A DNA stretch of 64,000 bases from a virus (IMGVR_UViG_3300001528_000407:23339-87338), one strand, 5' to 3'; positions 39,249 to 47,554 are shown, counted from the stretch's first letter. Numbers and translations: made by a program. The notes: generated by a model not told the origin, from the letters alone.

Positions 39249-39948
39249 GATTGTCTAGTCTTTCTTTATTTCCTTGATAATCCAAGCAAAGGATAGTTCC
39301 CGATTTCGTTTTACGGCAGATAAAAGCATCACACGACCAACACTCTATAGAATCCGTCCTTACAACCTCATCCGTATCTAAATCTTTAATACCAAATGGG
39401 CACGGCTGATTTTTAGCAAGTTCTTTTGAATGAGGAGCGATGCCGCGATATGCAGCCATCAACTGCCTGTCTATATCTTCGTACGCTCTTCGATATGTCT
39501 CTTTTACTCGTTTTTGTTCAGCTAACTCATCTCGGAGACTGTTAATAGTCTTCTCTTGGCAATCATATCTCTTCCGGAAAGACTTATTTGTAAAAATACG
39601 AAAAGAGTTCTTGATTTTTATCTTGCCTGCAACCTCCTCTACCTCACAATTAGGACGTTGTAGATTAGACTGGAGAGTATCATGCAATTCAGATAGGTCG
39701 CAAACGATATAAGTATCTGCACATTTCTCTGTATCATGCAAACGAATCATCACAAGTCTCCCATCAAAATTATATTTCTTCTGTTTAGCCGGCTTCGAAT
39801 CGTTTTTAGGTGGAGCTGGGGAAACATGCTGAATACCAGAAGAGCGTATATTATTTTTCCATTTATCAAGTGTTGTGTAGTGATAAACAAGAACTGCAAT
39901 CAATGCGACTGCAACAACAACTGTAATAATAATTTTTATTTCACTCAT
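39229..39948 (-). CDS. hypothetical protein with an N-terminal TM anchor
   Basis: 239 aa; hydrophobic N-terminus; Cys cluster near the C-terminus. Confidence 0.65.
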   Translation of the reverse strand: MSEIKIIITVVVAVALIAVLVYHYTTLDKWKNNIRSSGIQHVSPAPPKNDSKPAKQKKYNFDGRLVMIRLHDTEKCADTYIVCDLSELHDTLQSNLQRPNCEVEEVAGKIKIKNSFRIFTNKSFRKRYDCQEKTINSLRDELAEQKRVKETYRRAYEDIDRQLMAAYRGIAPHSKELAKNQPCPFGIKDLDTDEVVRTDSIECWSCDAFICRKTKSGTILCLDYQGNKERLDNHGSKTE

Positions 39949-39969
39949 AATTCTATATTTTATAATTAC

Positions 39970-40575
39970 TCAGCCTTTGTCGCCATAGTTATCTAATTTA
40001 CTAATTTTAGTCAAGGGTGCATCACATTTTACCCAACCCTCGTGCCATCTACTGCCACAATAATGAGAACAATTATAACAAGCAACAGTCCCTATCGTAA
40101 CCTTTTCTTTCGTCAGACAAAAAGGACAAACGGTACCTCGTCGCATAAATGTTACCATGTTTATCGCATCAGATGATTCTATTTCTGAATGCTGTCTCTT
40201 TTTTGCGAGAGTATTATAATCATCAACTAAGTCATGGACACGACGCACAAGGCTCTCGTTCTCCATTCTAAGTTCTGCAACAAGATAACCTAAAGCCATA
40301 AGATGCTTATCATCTTTCTTGCCTCCAAGATAATCTAAATAGGTAATCTTACGATACATGAGCTCACGCTGCCTTTCGGTTGCAGGAACATAGTATCGAG
40401 GATCTTTTCTTAAAGCAATCAAAGATGTTACGTCAACTTGCACTGCTTCTAAGCTATCCGCTGGAGTACAAGCCGAAAAACTTAGCAAATCATCCTCTTT
40501 ATTTGAAACCTTAACTATTGCACCAGTCTCAGGATTATAGAGAATATCACCAACACTTATATCTTTTATATACAT
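39970..40575 (-). CDS. hypothetical protein with a C-terminal Cys cluster
   Basis: 201 aa; CPFC...CYNCSHYC. Confidence 0.65.
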   Translation of the reverse strand: MYIKDISVGDILYNPETGAIVKVSNKEDDLLSFSACTPADSLEAVQVDVTSLIALRKDPRYYVPATERQRELMYRKITYLDYLGGKKDDKHLMALGYLVAELRMENESLVRRVHDLVDDYNTLAKKRQHSEIESSDAINMVTFMRRGTVCPFCLTKEKVTIGTVACYNCSHYCGSRWHEGWVKCDAPLTKISKLDNYGDKG

Positions 40576-40622
40576 AGCTTTTTCAAATTTTTACATTATT
40601 ATTACCACTAAAACGAGGCATT

Positions 40623-40877
40623 TCACTCATCATTCTTTGTCTTTTTCCAGATGATAGTAAGAGTATCTCTTTGCTCCCACACCTCGTAACCCAGGTAAGC
40701 GAAATATCGACCTACCGCCTTTCGGACATCATTACTCTCGAAACTTACCTCTACTTGCGGCTGGAGGTTCTCGGCAGCCTCTCTGATACGTCTGCAAGTA
40801 TCGTGTATCAAAGCCTCGTGTTTGGTCTTGATACTCTCGAAGACGATTCTTCTTGCTTCTTCTGCTGTTGTTATCAT
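40623..40877 (-). CDS. hypothetical protein
   Basis: 84-aa ORF. Confidence 0.6.
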   Translation of the reverse strand: MITTAEEARRIVFESIKTKHEALIHDTCRRIREAAENLQPQVEVSFESNDVRKAVGRYFAYLGYEVWEQRDTLTIIWKKTKNDE

Positions 40878-41023
40878 AACGAATTGTTTTTGTTATTTTC
40901 CTTCTCACGTTCCTCCTCCTCGTCCTTCCCTATCTGCGTGAAGCCAACCAAGCCACAGGCGGCTGCAAGGATAAGGAAGAGAACGGCGAGGATGAGACAA
41001 ACTAAAAATATCGTTTTCATCAT
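40874..41023 (-). CDS. small membrane protein
   Basis: MMKTIFLVCLILAVLFLILAAACGLVGFTQIGKDEEEEREKENNKNNSL*; ATGA-coupled to the next gene; absent from the ORF track. Confidence 0.55.
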   Translation of the reverse strand: MMKTIFLVCLILAVLFLILAAACGLVGFTQIGKDEEEEREKENNKNNSL

Positions 41024-41030
41024 AGCTTTC

Positions 41031-41690
41031 TTACGCCTCCTTTCCTTGTTTATCGGAATCCGATGATGATGTCAGCACGCTCTTCACGTCCTCATACATC
41101 GCCATTTCCAGTTTCTCACCATCGTAATGACCTACGGCGAGCAACTGCCCGTTCTCCTGGGTAGCCTGGCTCTCGCTCTTGGCAGTGGCACGGATTACCA
41201 TGATGTCGAACTCCCTGATAAGCCCTTTCAGATTCTTCGGGTCGATGGCTTGCATATTGCTACGAGCTTGCAGACGGATGCGCTGAATATCGGTTGCGGT
41301 CAATACCTTGCCCAATTCCTTGTCGGCATCACGCACAGCCTGTGCCTCCACGTTGATGCGCTGTTGCTCGTAGGCATCCTGCAAGAGCTGATAGTTCTGC
41401 CACATGGCAGCGCAATCGAGGAAATGATGAAACTCCTTCTCCCCTCGCTTCAGTTCCACGAGGGCAAGCTGTTCCTCTATTAGGAGGTTTCGGTCTTTCA
41501 CCTGCCAATGGATGAGACCTGCCTTTTGCCAGTCATTGTAAATGGCGAAGACGGTGGAGAGGTCCCTTAACTCTTTCAGTAGCTTTCTGTTTTTGCCTCG
41601 CTTGCGAAGTCTCCAAGCAAGAAAAATGCAAAGTAAAACAACGGCGATTATCACCGCCATCATTTTCAATCTAAAATCCATTTCTGTCAT
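41031..41690 (-). CDS. hypothetical protein with an N-terminal TM anchor
   Basis: 219-aa ORF. Confidence 0.7.
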   Translation of the reverse strand: MTEMDFRLKMMAVIIAVVLLCIFLAWRLRKRGKNRKLLKELRDLSTVFAIYNDWQKAGLIHWQVKDRNLLIEEQLALVELKRGEKEFHHFLDCAAMWQNYQLLQDAYEQQRINVEAQAVRDADKELGKVLTATDIQRIRLQARSNMQAIDPKNLKGLIREFDIMVIRATAKSESQATQENGQLLAVGHYDGEKLEMAMYEDVKSVLTSSSDSDKQGKEA

Positions 41691-41716
41691 ATTATTATTG
41701 ATTTATATTTCATTAT

Positions 41717-41888
41717 TCACTCAAACTCGCAAATCACGTAGGGCGATGTAACGCCCATATCGTACTCATCTTTGTACGACCGCCCCCCCGAAAAATGAGG
41801 TTACGGCATTGGCGATTTGCTTTATCGGGCGGGAGGTTGCCTTGCCTGTCTTGTCACGGCTCCAGCCGATGTAATACTTCTTATTCAT
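41717..41888 (-). pseudogene. TRD-like mini-gene T10, OFF (G7; G6 or G9 is ON)
   Basis: ON: MNKKYYIGWSRDKTGKATSRPIKQIANAVTSFFGGRSYKDEYDMGVTSPYVICEFE*; C7 at 41783-41789. Confidence 0.75.
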
Positions 41889-42054
41889 AGGCCAACAGTA
41901 CTAAGTTGTCTTTACCTACGGACGTAAGGGTGTTACTTATACCCTCCCCATTTATCTCAAACCGCTGCTCCGAACGACCTTTCACCGAATGTTTACGGTC
42001 GGAAGGATTAAGAGGGTCTCGCCCTCTCGACGCAGCTATGAAAACTCCATACAT
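41881..42054 (-). CDS. TRD-like mini-gene T9, intact
   Basis: MYGVFIAASRGRDPLNPSDRKHSVKGRSEQRFEINGEGISNTLTSVGKDNLVLLAYE* (57 aa); interrupted GGGGAGGG. Confidence 0.8.
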   Translation of the reverse strand: MYGVFIAASRGRDPLNPSDRKHSVKGRSEQRFEINGEGISNTLTSVGKDNLVLLAYE

Positions 42055-42222
42055 AGTAAATTATCTTTCGTCACAGTAGAAATCGTGTTGCTCCACGGCT
42101 CACGGCTCATCCTGTGATATTTATCTTGATACTTGCACCCCCCCCGTATCTCCGTGAATGCGGCGAAAGGATTTCGCTTCTTCCGTCCGATAGTGGGTAA
42201 GGATGGCTCTCTGTTCACTCAT
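42036..42222 (-). pseudogene. TRD-like mini-gene T8, OFF (G8; G7 is ON)
   Basis: ON: MSEQRAILTHYRTEEAKSFRRIHGDTGGCKYQDKYHRMSREPWSNTISTVTKDNLLCMEFS*; C8 at 42138-42145. Confidence 0.8.
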
Positions 42223-42364
42223 AACTCAATAGTATCATTGTATGCTGACCGTGGTTGTCGTAGAGACCTCCCCAGCCATCGTATCGGGAAGAGAGTGCCG
42301 TGGAGTACCTCCCCCGAAAACTTATCGTGTCGCCTCGCTTCACAAAAGGTCTTACTTTATTCAT
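42215..42364 (-). CDS. TRD-like mini-gene T7, intact
   Basis: MNKVRPFVKRGDTISFRGRYSTALSSRYDGWGGLYDNHGQHTMILLSYE* (49 aa); interrupted GGGGGAGG. Confidence 0.7.
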   Translation of the reverse strand: MNKVRPFVKRGDTISFRGRYSTALSSRYDGWGGLYDNHGQHTMILLSYE

Positions 42365-42505
42365 ACGCTATCAATATTGCTATTGCCTTAATCAAAAAGT
42401 TGGTATCAGGCAAGATATTCGACACACCATCTTTATAATAATGGGATGAAATCGTACCACATACCCCCCTATATTTGGAGTATTGAGAAACCTCTTATCA
42501 ATCAT
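42357..42505 (-). pseudogene. TRD-like mini-gene T6, OFF (G6; G7 is ON)
   Basis: ON: MIDKRFLNTPNIGGVCGTISSHYYKDGVSNILPDTNFLIKAIAILIAYE*; C6 at 42464-42469. Confidence 0.75.
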
Positions 42506-42652
42506 ACTCTATCAATATCTTAGGCTTGTCTGTATCATGCCCTTTACCCCCCCAGATATACAGAGGGCGATACCTTTTGGCGATACTACCACCCCATTCT
42601 GCGATGGGGAATAGTAACCAAGAATAATCGGGCGATTTACTGTTTGTCTCAT
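42498..42652 (-). pseudogene. TRD-like mini-gene T5, OFF (G7; G8 is ON)
   Basis: ON: MRQTVNRPIILGYYSPSQNGVVVSPKGIALCISGGGKGHDTDKPKILIEYD*; C7 at 42547-42553. Confidence 0.8.
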
Positions 42653-42821
42653 AACTCAATCATCACATAGTGCATGTTGCGCTGGCTAATACCCGAAAGA
42701 ATGGTGCCACAGCACCCCCCCGAATTGCTACCTTATTATAGGCATCCAGCCACTCGCATTTATCACGAGGGCGATAACCTATGGCAAACATCTGCTCTAT
42801 GTTTTTGTTCTTTTTGTTCAT
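42649..42821 (-). pseudogene. TRD-like mini-gene T4, OFF (G7; G8 is ON)
   Basis: ON: MNKKNKNIEQMFAIGYRPRDKCEWLDAYNKVAIRGGCCGTILSGISQRNMHYVMIEL*; C7 at 42715-42721. Confidence 0.75.
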
Positions 42822-43007
42822 TCGTATTCATACATTACAACCGTCATTGGATAATGGGCGAGCGAGAGGATATTGGTAGGCCCGATATTCTCATATCTCG
42901 TGGTGATAGTCGCCGCACAATTATCGCTTGTTACATTTATCGGTCGTCGAGTACCCCCCCCTATAATTCAAGCAAGGTATGCCGACGTTTGTCAGTCTGA
43001 ATTTCAT
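42818..43007 (-). pseudogene. TRD-like mini-gene T3, OFF (G8; G7 is ON)
   Basis: ON: MKFRLTNVGIPCLNYRGGTRRPINVTSDNCAATITTRYENIGPTNILSLAHYPMTVVMYEYE*; C8 at 42954-42961; ATG overlaps the MTase TGA. Confidence 0.75.
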
Positions 43008-44407
43008 TTCTTATCAGAAGGTTTTCTATTCAGATTCTCCAAATACTTTTCCTCGAACCCTGGATATTCACTCGGCAAAGTACCGTCCTGCTTCCACGAT
43101 GAATAATCATAGGTAAACTTCCCGATAATCATTTTCTCGCAAATGAGCTTATCCAGTTCGGTAGGCTTCATCTTCCACCCATCAACCTCTTCCATCCAAT
43201 ACGTGAGCCAAGTCTTCAAGAACATGGCATCCTCATGCTTGGGTGGCAAATCGAAAGTTACGAACAATGCGCTGTCCTTGTCGTTCGCCTTGAGAAACTT
43301 TGCCACGGCATTGTCTTTGAGGAAGTACTTTTCATCCACCTCCTCTTCCAACACATCCTCCAACTTCCTTTCGAGCTTCACAGGCTTAGGAAACTGATAG
43401 TCGAAAGCCACGTCTTTTCTCATCGAGAGGCAGAAAACTCGATCTCGATTCTGAGGCACACCGTAGTCCTTGGCATTCAGTCGTGCCCATCGGTTCACGT
43501 AGCCAAGTTCTTCCAACCGTTTGAGCCACTTCTTGAAATCGGGCATAAACTTCTCGCTTACCAGTGCCGCCACATTCTCTTGCAGGAGATATTTAGGTTT
43601 CAATACCTCGATGGCATCGGCTACCTTCCAAAGCAAGGCACTTCGGGTGTCGCTACCCTCTTGCAACCCCATCTGCTTACCAGCCTGACTAATGTCCTGG
43701 CAAGGTGATGAGTAAGTGAAAAGGTCAACCTCTCTGCCTTGCAAACTCTCCTTCACCTTCTGCCAGTCTATCTTGGTAATATCGCCGAGTGCTCGGTGAG
43801 CGAACTGAGGGAAGACGAGGTTGTGCATTTGGCAAGCATATTTGTCGATGTCGCTCCAGCCATAGCAGGTGTATTTGAAATCGGGGTGTTCCTCTCGTAA
43901 GGCATCGGCTGCCATCAACTGACTGTCATAGCCGCTGAAGGTAGTGATAATGACTTTCTCCTCGGGTACCACCTTATCCTCATCGCTGATAACGATATTC
44001 TCATCATGCGGATTCTTCTCCACTGGCATCGACGGCAATACGTCTTCGGGGAAGAAATCATCGAAGAGCGAGGCTTGTGCCTTTGGCTGCACAGGTGCAG
44101 GGTACCAAATCTGCTCATATATCTTCTTCAACACATCTACCACGATACTGTTGCCGGCTTGCTTGTATTGTTGGCTGGCGGATATGAGCATATCATCGTC
44201 CTTGCCTTTCAGCTTGCCGAATATCTTGCTGAACATTTCCTTGCCAAATGCGCTCGATATGCGAGTCTTGGCGAGGGAGATTGTACTTTGCATCAAGAGG
44301 ATGATTCCGTCTCTGACACCCATCAGGCGAAAACACTCCTTGGGTGTGAGCTTGCGGATGGCATAGCTCTTAATGCTCTGGTCTTTGAAATTTATCTTCG
44401 TTATCAT
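43004..44407 (-). CDS. circularly permuted DNA (cytosine-5)-methyltransferase core lacking a TRD
   Basis: N-terminal IRKLTPKECFRLMG (IX) and YKQAGNSIVVDVL (X), then TFSGYDS (I), SSPCQDIS (IV), LQENV (VI) and YGVPQNRDRVF (VIII). Confidence 0.9.
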   Translation of the reverse strand: MITKINFKDQSIKSYAIRKLTPKECFRLMGVRDGIILLMQSTISLAKTRISSAFGKEMFSKIFGKLKGKDDDMLISASQQYKQAGNSIVVDVLKKIYEQIWYPAPVQPKAQASLFDDFFPEDVLPSMPVEKNPHDENIVISDEDKVVPEEKVIITTFSGYDSQLMAADALREEHPDFKYTCYGWSDIDKYACQMHNLVFPQFAHRALGDITKIDWQKVKESLQGREVDLFTYSSPCQDISQAGKQMGLQEGSDTRSALLWKVADAIEVLKPKYLLQENVAALVSEKFMPDFKKWLKRLEELGYVNRWARLNAKDYGVPQNRDRVFCLSMRKDVAFDYQFPKPVKLERKLEDVLEEEVDEKYFLKDNAVAKFLKANDKDSALFVTFDLPPKHEDAMFLKTWLTYWMEEVDGWKMKPTELDKLICEKMIIGKFTYDYSSWKQDGTLPSEYPGFEEKYLENLNRKPSDKK

Positions 44408-44443
44408 TGTCTGTTGTTGTTTTACTTACGTTTTATCAATACC

Positions 44444-44597
44444 CTATTCATACATGAGAAGTACACCCGCATCCAATACGTTAGCTTTAACGCACCTTCC
44501 TAAATTCCACAATGGCCCATTATTAAACATGGCTGACGATTGCGTCATTACCCCCCCCGATTTTCGGGACATGATAATCTATCTTAATCTTACTCAT
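44444..44597 (-). pseudogene. TRD-like mini-gene T2, OFF (G8; G7 is ON)
   Basis: ON: MSKIKIDYHVPKIGGVMTQSSAMFNNGPLWNLGRCVKANVLDAGVLLMYE*; C8 at 44551-44558. Confidence 0.7.
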
Positions 44598-44772
44598 ACA
44601 CGATTGCTATTACTGGTGTCTGCCCACCGCCCAACCCCATTGCCGAGGTAAGCGTGAAGCAAATATCCCTCAAAGAGCAAAAGGTGTTTAACCCATGTGC
44701 TTGCATATTGCCGAACACGGAAGTAGTCTCTATTTTTTTTACTATGATGGCTATCGCCTCTGCTCTAATCAT
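44590..44772 (-). CDS. TRD-like mini-gene T1, intact
   Basis: MIRAEAIAIIVKKIETTSVFGNMQAHGLNTFCSLRDICFTLTSAMGLGGGQTPVIAIVYE* (60 aa); Gly run encoded by mixed codons. Confidence 0.8.
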   Translation of the reverse strand: MIRAEAIAIIVKKIETTSVFGNMQAHGLNTFCSLRDICFTLTSAMGLGGGQTPVIAIVYE

Positions 44773-44799
44773 TGATATACCTTTTTTATTAATATATAG

Positions 44800-44892
44800 T
44801 GCAGGGAGAGGGAATCGAACCCCCGACCATCGGCTACCCGAATCTACATCGCCATTCTGCCGACACTCTAACCAGCTGAGTAGTACCCCTGC
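44800..44892 (-). tRNA. tRNA-like element with a 24-nt anticodon loop (intron-containing or pseudo-tRNA; isotype undetermined)
   Basis: Acceptor GCAGGGG/TCCCTGC-A; D arm ACTC-AGCTGGTTA-GAGT; anticodon stem TCGGC/GCCGA; T arm GGGGG-TTCGATT-CCCTC; no encoded CCA. Confidence 0.65.
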
Positions 44893-45232
44893 GATTCTAA
44901 AAACCTCCTCTATCCTCACGAACCAAGGAGGAAAATCTTTTTATATGAAATCCATTAGATGATATTCTTTCCATACCTGAAAAGAAAGCACTAAAAACAA
45001 TAGGAAACCTCTATCCATCCCGAACCAAGGAATCCCAGATAATATGAAAAAATCGTATTATCGCTTTTCGTTCTTTATATGAAACAATTTCTTTCAAATC
45101 GTTCGCCTTTCTCTAAAGGCCGCATTAGAAACATTTACTTAATATTTTAACCTTTTAAATTAAAATGAACTTTTTAGAGTTTTAAAAACAGAAGCGTATC
45201 ACTACGCAATTATCATGATCTATCCAAAAGAA

Positions 45233-45544
45233 TCAATGGGTAATAAATCGGGTGCCATCCACCTCCAGCACCAATATATCATTTACCACCCTTATCTGCT
45301 TGCTCTTCACAAACTGCACCATGCGCTGATGTCGCAATACATCCACCTTTAGGCAGACGCATTCGCCTTCATCCACATGCCCAGTCTTGGTGAGAAACTT
45401 GATGTAGAAAGGCTTTCTCTCTACCTGTCTCGCCGATTGTGGGTGGACGTACCCCGTAACGAGCTGCCCGCTACGAGGGTCTATCCACTGCCACTTCTCG
45501 GTGAACTGTCTAAGATTGGTATAACTTTGAGTATATCTTGTCAT
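45233..45544 (-). CDS. hypothetical protein
   Basis: 103 aa, ATGA-coupled. Confidence 0.7.
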   Translation of the reverse strand: MTRYTQSYTNLRQFTEKWQWIDPRSGQLVTGYVHPQSARQVERKPFYIKFLTKTGHVDEGECVCLKVDVLRHQRMVQFVKSKQIRVVNDILVLEVDGTRFITH

Positions 45545-46239
45545 GATTGCCCGAAATTATGATGGTCGCCGTGTCCGTAAGTCTCTTCCTTATCGTCGGC
45601 ATAAGGCGGAAAGTCAGCCTTCAAGAAGCGAGAGAGCAACTTATCCTCCACCTTACGCTTATCCTTGATAGCCTGCTGTCGCTGATGCAGTACATCGGGA
45701 AAGCAGACGTTCTTCACAGGGTTGCCCCAAGTCAGAGCGTTCAACCAGTTGGCAGTATCGGGCAGGAACTGGAGCGAATAAGCGGAAGTCTTGCCACTCA
45801 TCTTCTCCAACATCGGGCCGTTCAATATCAACGCCTTGTCCTTCTTGTAAAGCACCATGTGCGAAGAAAGCTGGCTCACGTCCTGGCTGCGGGCATAGAG
45901 TATCTTGCTCTTGTATGCCGCAAGATGAATATCTATCAGCTCGCTTGCATTCTTGCTGGTGGTAAGCACGAGGTGGGTAATCCATTCTCGCTCAAAGCAG
46001 AGCTGCAAGAACACCACCGTCTCTGGAAGTATCGCAGGCATGGAGAGCACCATCACCAGGTAACTCTCCTTGTGGTTGGGTGCATCGTCCATCAAGTAAC
46101 CTATCGCCCGAAAGAACTTCTCCATCGTCACATCGCCATGAGTGTAGAAGGTGAGCGTTCTTCGGGGTGCCTCGCCCACTGCCTTGGGTAGTTTCCTATC
46201 CACGCAGCAGGGAGGGATAAACAACAACGTATCGTCCAT
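45541..46239 (-). CDS. hypothetical protein
   Basis: 232-aa ORF. Confidence 0.7.
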   Translation of the reverse strand: MDDTLLFIPPCCVDRKLPKAVGEAPRRTLTFYTHGDVTMEKFFRAIGYLMDDAPNHKESYLVMVLSMPAILPETVVFLQLCFEREWITHLVLTTSKNASELIDIHLAAYKSKILYARSQDVSQLSSHMVLYKKDKALILNGPMLEKMSGKTSAYSLQFLPDTANWLNALTWGNPVKNVCFPDVLHQRQQAIKDKRKVEDKLLSRFLKADFPPYADDKEETYGHGDHHNFGQS

Positions 46240-46300
46240 ATTCTTATACTATATAATCTTCAATCGGTTTGATGATATGAAAATCTTCTCTCCTGACAAT

Positions 46301-47494
46301 TCAGTCGTTGAGCAACATTGGCATCACGAGGGTAGTAACCTTGCTGGAAGGATTGTCCTCGGTAATGGTGATGGCACGGCTCTTGTCAACCAAGCTCAAA
46401 CGAACGCTATCCGAAGGAATGGCAGTAACACTATCCATCAAGGTTGCCCAACTGAAACCGATGGTGAAACCGTCCGGACACTCGCTGTCATTAATCAGCA
46501 CCTGGTCTTCGCCCGAAATGGCATAGTCGATGTCTTCGGCGTGGAAATCGAGGAACATTCCGTCCTTCTTCATCGAAATCAGCTTGGAGCTCTCGCTACT
46601 GAAGAGGGAGATACGCTTGATGATGCTCATCAACTCTCGCTTGTCGCAAGTAACGAAGTAAGGCATACTTTTCGGGATAACCGAATTGTAGTTAGGGTAC
46701 TTGCCATTCACCAATGTAGTGATAAACTCGATGTCGCCCGAAGCGAAGCGTACCGCTCTGCCGTCGCACTGGATATTGATGTCCTCGCAATCGTCGAACA
46801 CGGAAAGGGTCTTCAAGCAAGAGGAATGGGTCAGAATCTTTCTTGATTCTCCCTGGCGATAGAAATCGCTGCCTCCCTGCTCCGGCTTGTTGGAATATAC
46901 TCGCTTGTAGAGTTTATGACTGTCGCTTGCCACAAACACTGCCTCCGAGAAATCTTCGGTCACGTCGATACAGAGGGTGTTCATTACTGGGCGCAAAGGG
47001 TCGTTGGCAACAAACTTACCTGCATCATTCAATACGGCCTTGAATACCGACATCGGGAAGACTACCTCCGTAGGGTTTTCGTCAATCTTCTTGGCGAGAG
47101 GAAACTCATCTGCCTTGTCGTAGCCCAAGGAAACCTTACCCGTCTTAACCTTGTCGGCATCGCCTGTGCAATACTCGATGTTGAAAGACTGGGTGGTCTC
47201 GCTAATGTCGAACGTCACCACGCAATCGCCTGGCAGGGTACCGATGAAAGAAGTCAGCATGGCTACCGGCAAAACGATGTCCTTGGTAAACTTGCCCTCC
47301 ACCACGTTGAAAGGGGCAGGGATGGTAAGCTGAGAGTCGGTGTTGGCAGAGATAAAGAAGAATTTCCCATCGTCTTTGCGCTGGGTCAGCAATACGTTGC
47401 TAAGGATAGCCATACTCGCCTTGCCGTCGATACACTTGCTTGCCTTATGAAGAGCCAGCTTGAGGGCGGCTGCTGATGTTGCTTGTATTTTCAT
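46301..47494 (-). CDS. dnaN: DNA polymerase III beta sliding clamp
   Basis: ILSNVLL, RPVMNTLC, FVASDSHKL, GKYPNYNSVIP, IGFSWATLMD and LVMPM. Confidence 0.9.
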   Translation of the reverse strand: MKIQATSAAALKLALHKASKCIDGKASMAILSNVLLTQRKDDGKFFFISANTDSQLTIPAPFNVVEGKFTKDIVLPVAMLTSFIGTLPGDCVVTFDISETTQSFNIEYCTGDADKVKTGKVSLGYDKADEFPLAKKIDENPTEVVFPMSVFKAVLNDAGKFVANDPLRPVMNTLCIDVTEDFSEAVFVASDSHKLYKRVYSNKPEQGGSDFYRQGESRKILTHSSCLKTLSVFDDCEDINIQCDGRAVRFASGDIEFITTLVNGKYPNYNSVIPKSMPYFVTCDKRELMSIIKRISLFSSESSKLISMKKDGMFLDFHAEDIDYAISGEDQVLINDSECPDGFTIGFSWATLMDSVTAIPSDSVRLSLVDKSRAITITEDNPSSKVTTLVMPMLLND

Positions 47495-47554
47495 TTTGTC
47501 TTATCGTTTTTGAAGTTTATCTGAATAATGAAGAGTAGTAAAATGGCGGGCTGC

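Noticed and set aside
41717-43007. Stop-codon reassignment or readthrough fusing the mini-genes (as in recoded Lak or crAss-like phages)
   Set aside because: Consecutive modules are in different frames, all three stop codons are used, and standard code gives dense long ORFs elsewhere.
41717-44772. The TRD array as the decayed remains of one long multispecific MTase
   Set aside because: Each module has its own ATG coupled to the previous stop, stops fall right after the same terminal motif, the only lesions are at G tracts, and similar modules occur at two remote loci. This is disfavoured but not formally excluded without homologs.
44590-44919. 109-aa ORF as given in the track
   Set aside because: Its 5' half overlaps the tRNA-like element; the internal ATG at 44772 gives a 60-aa module matching its neighbours.
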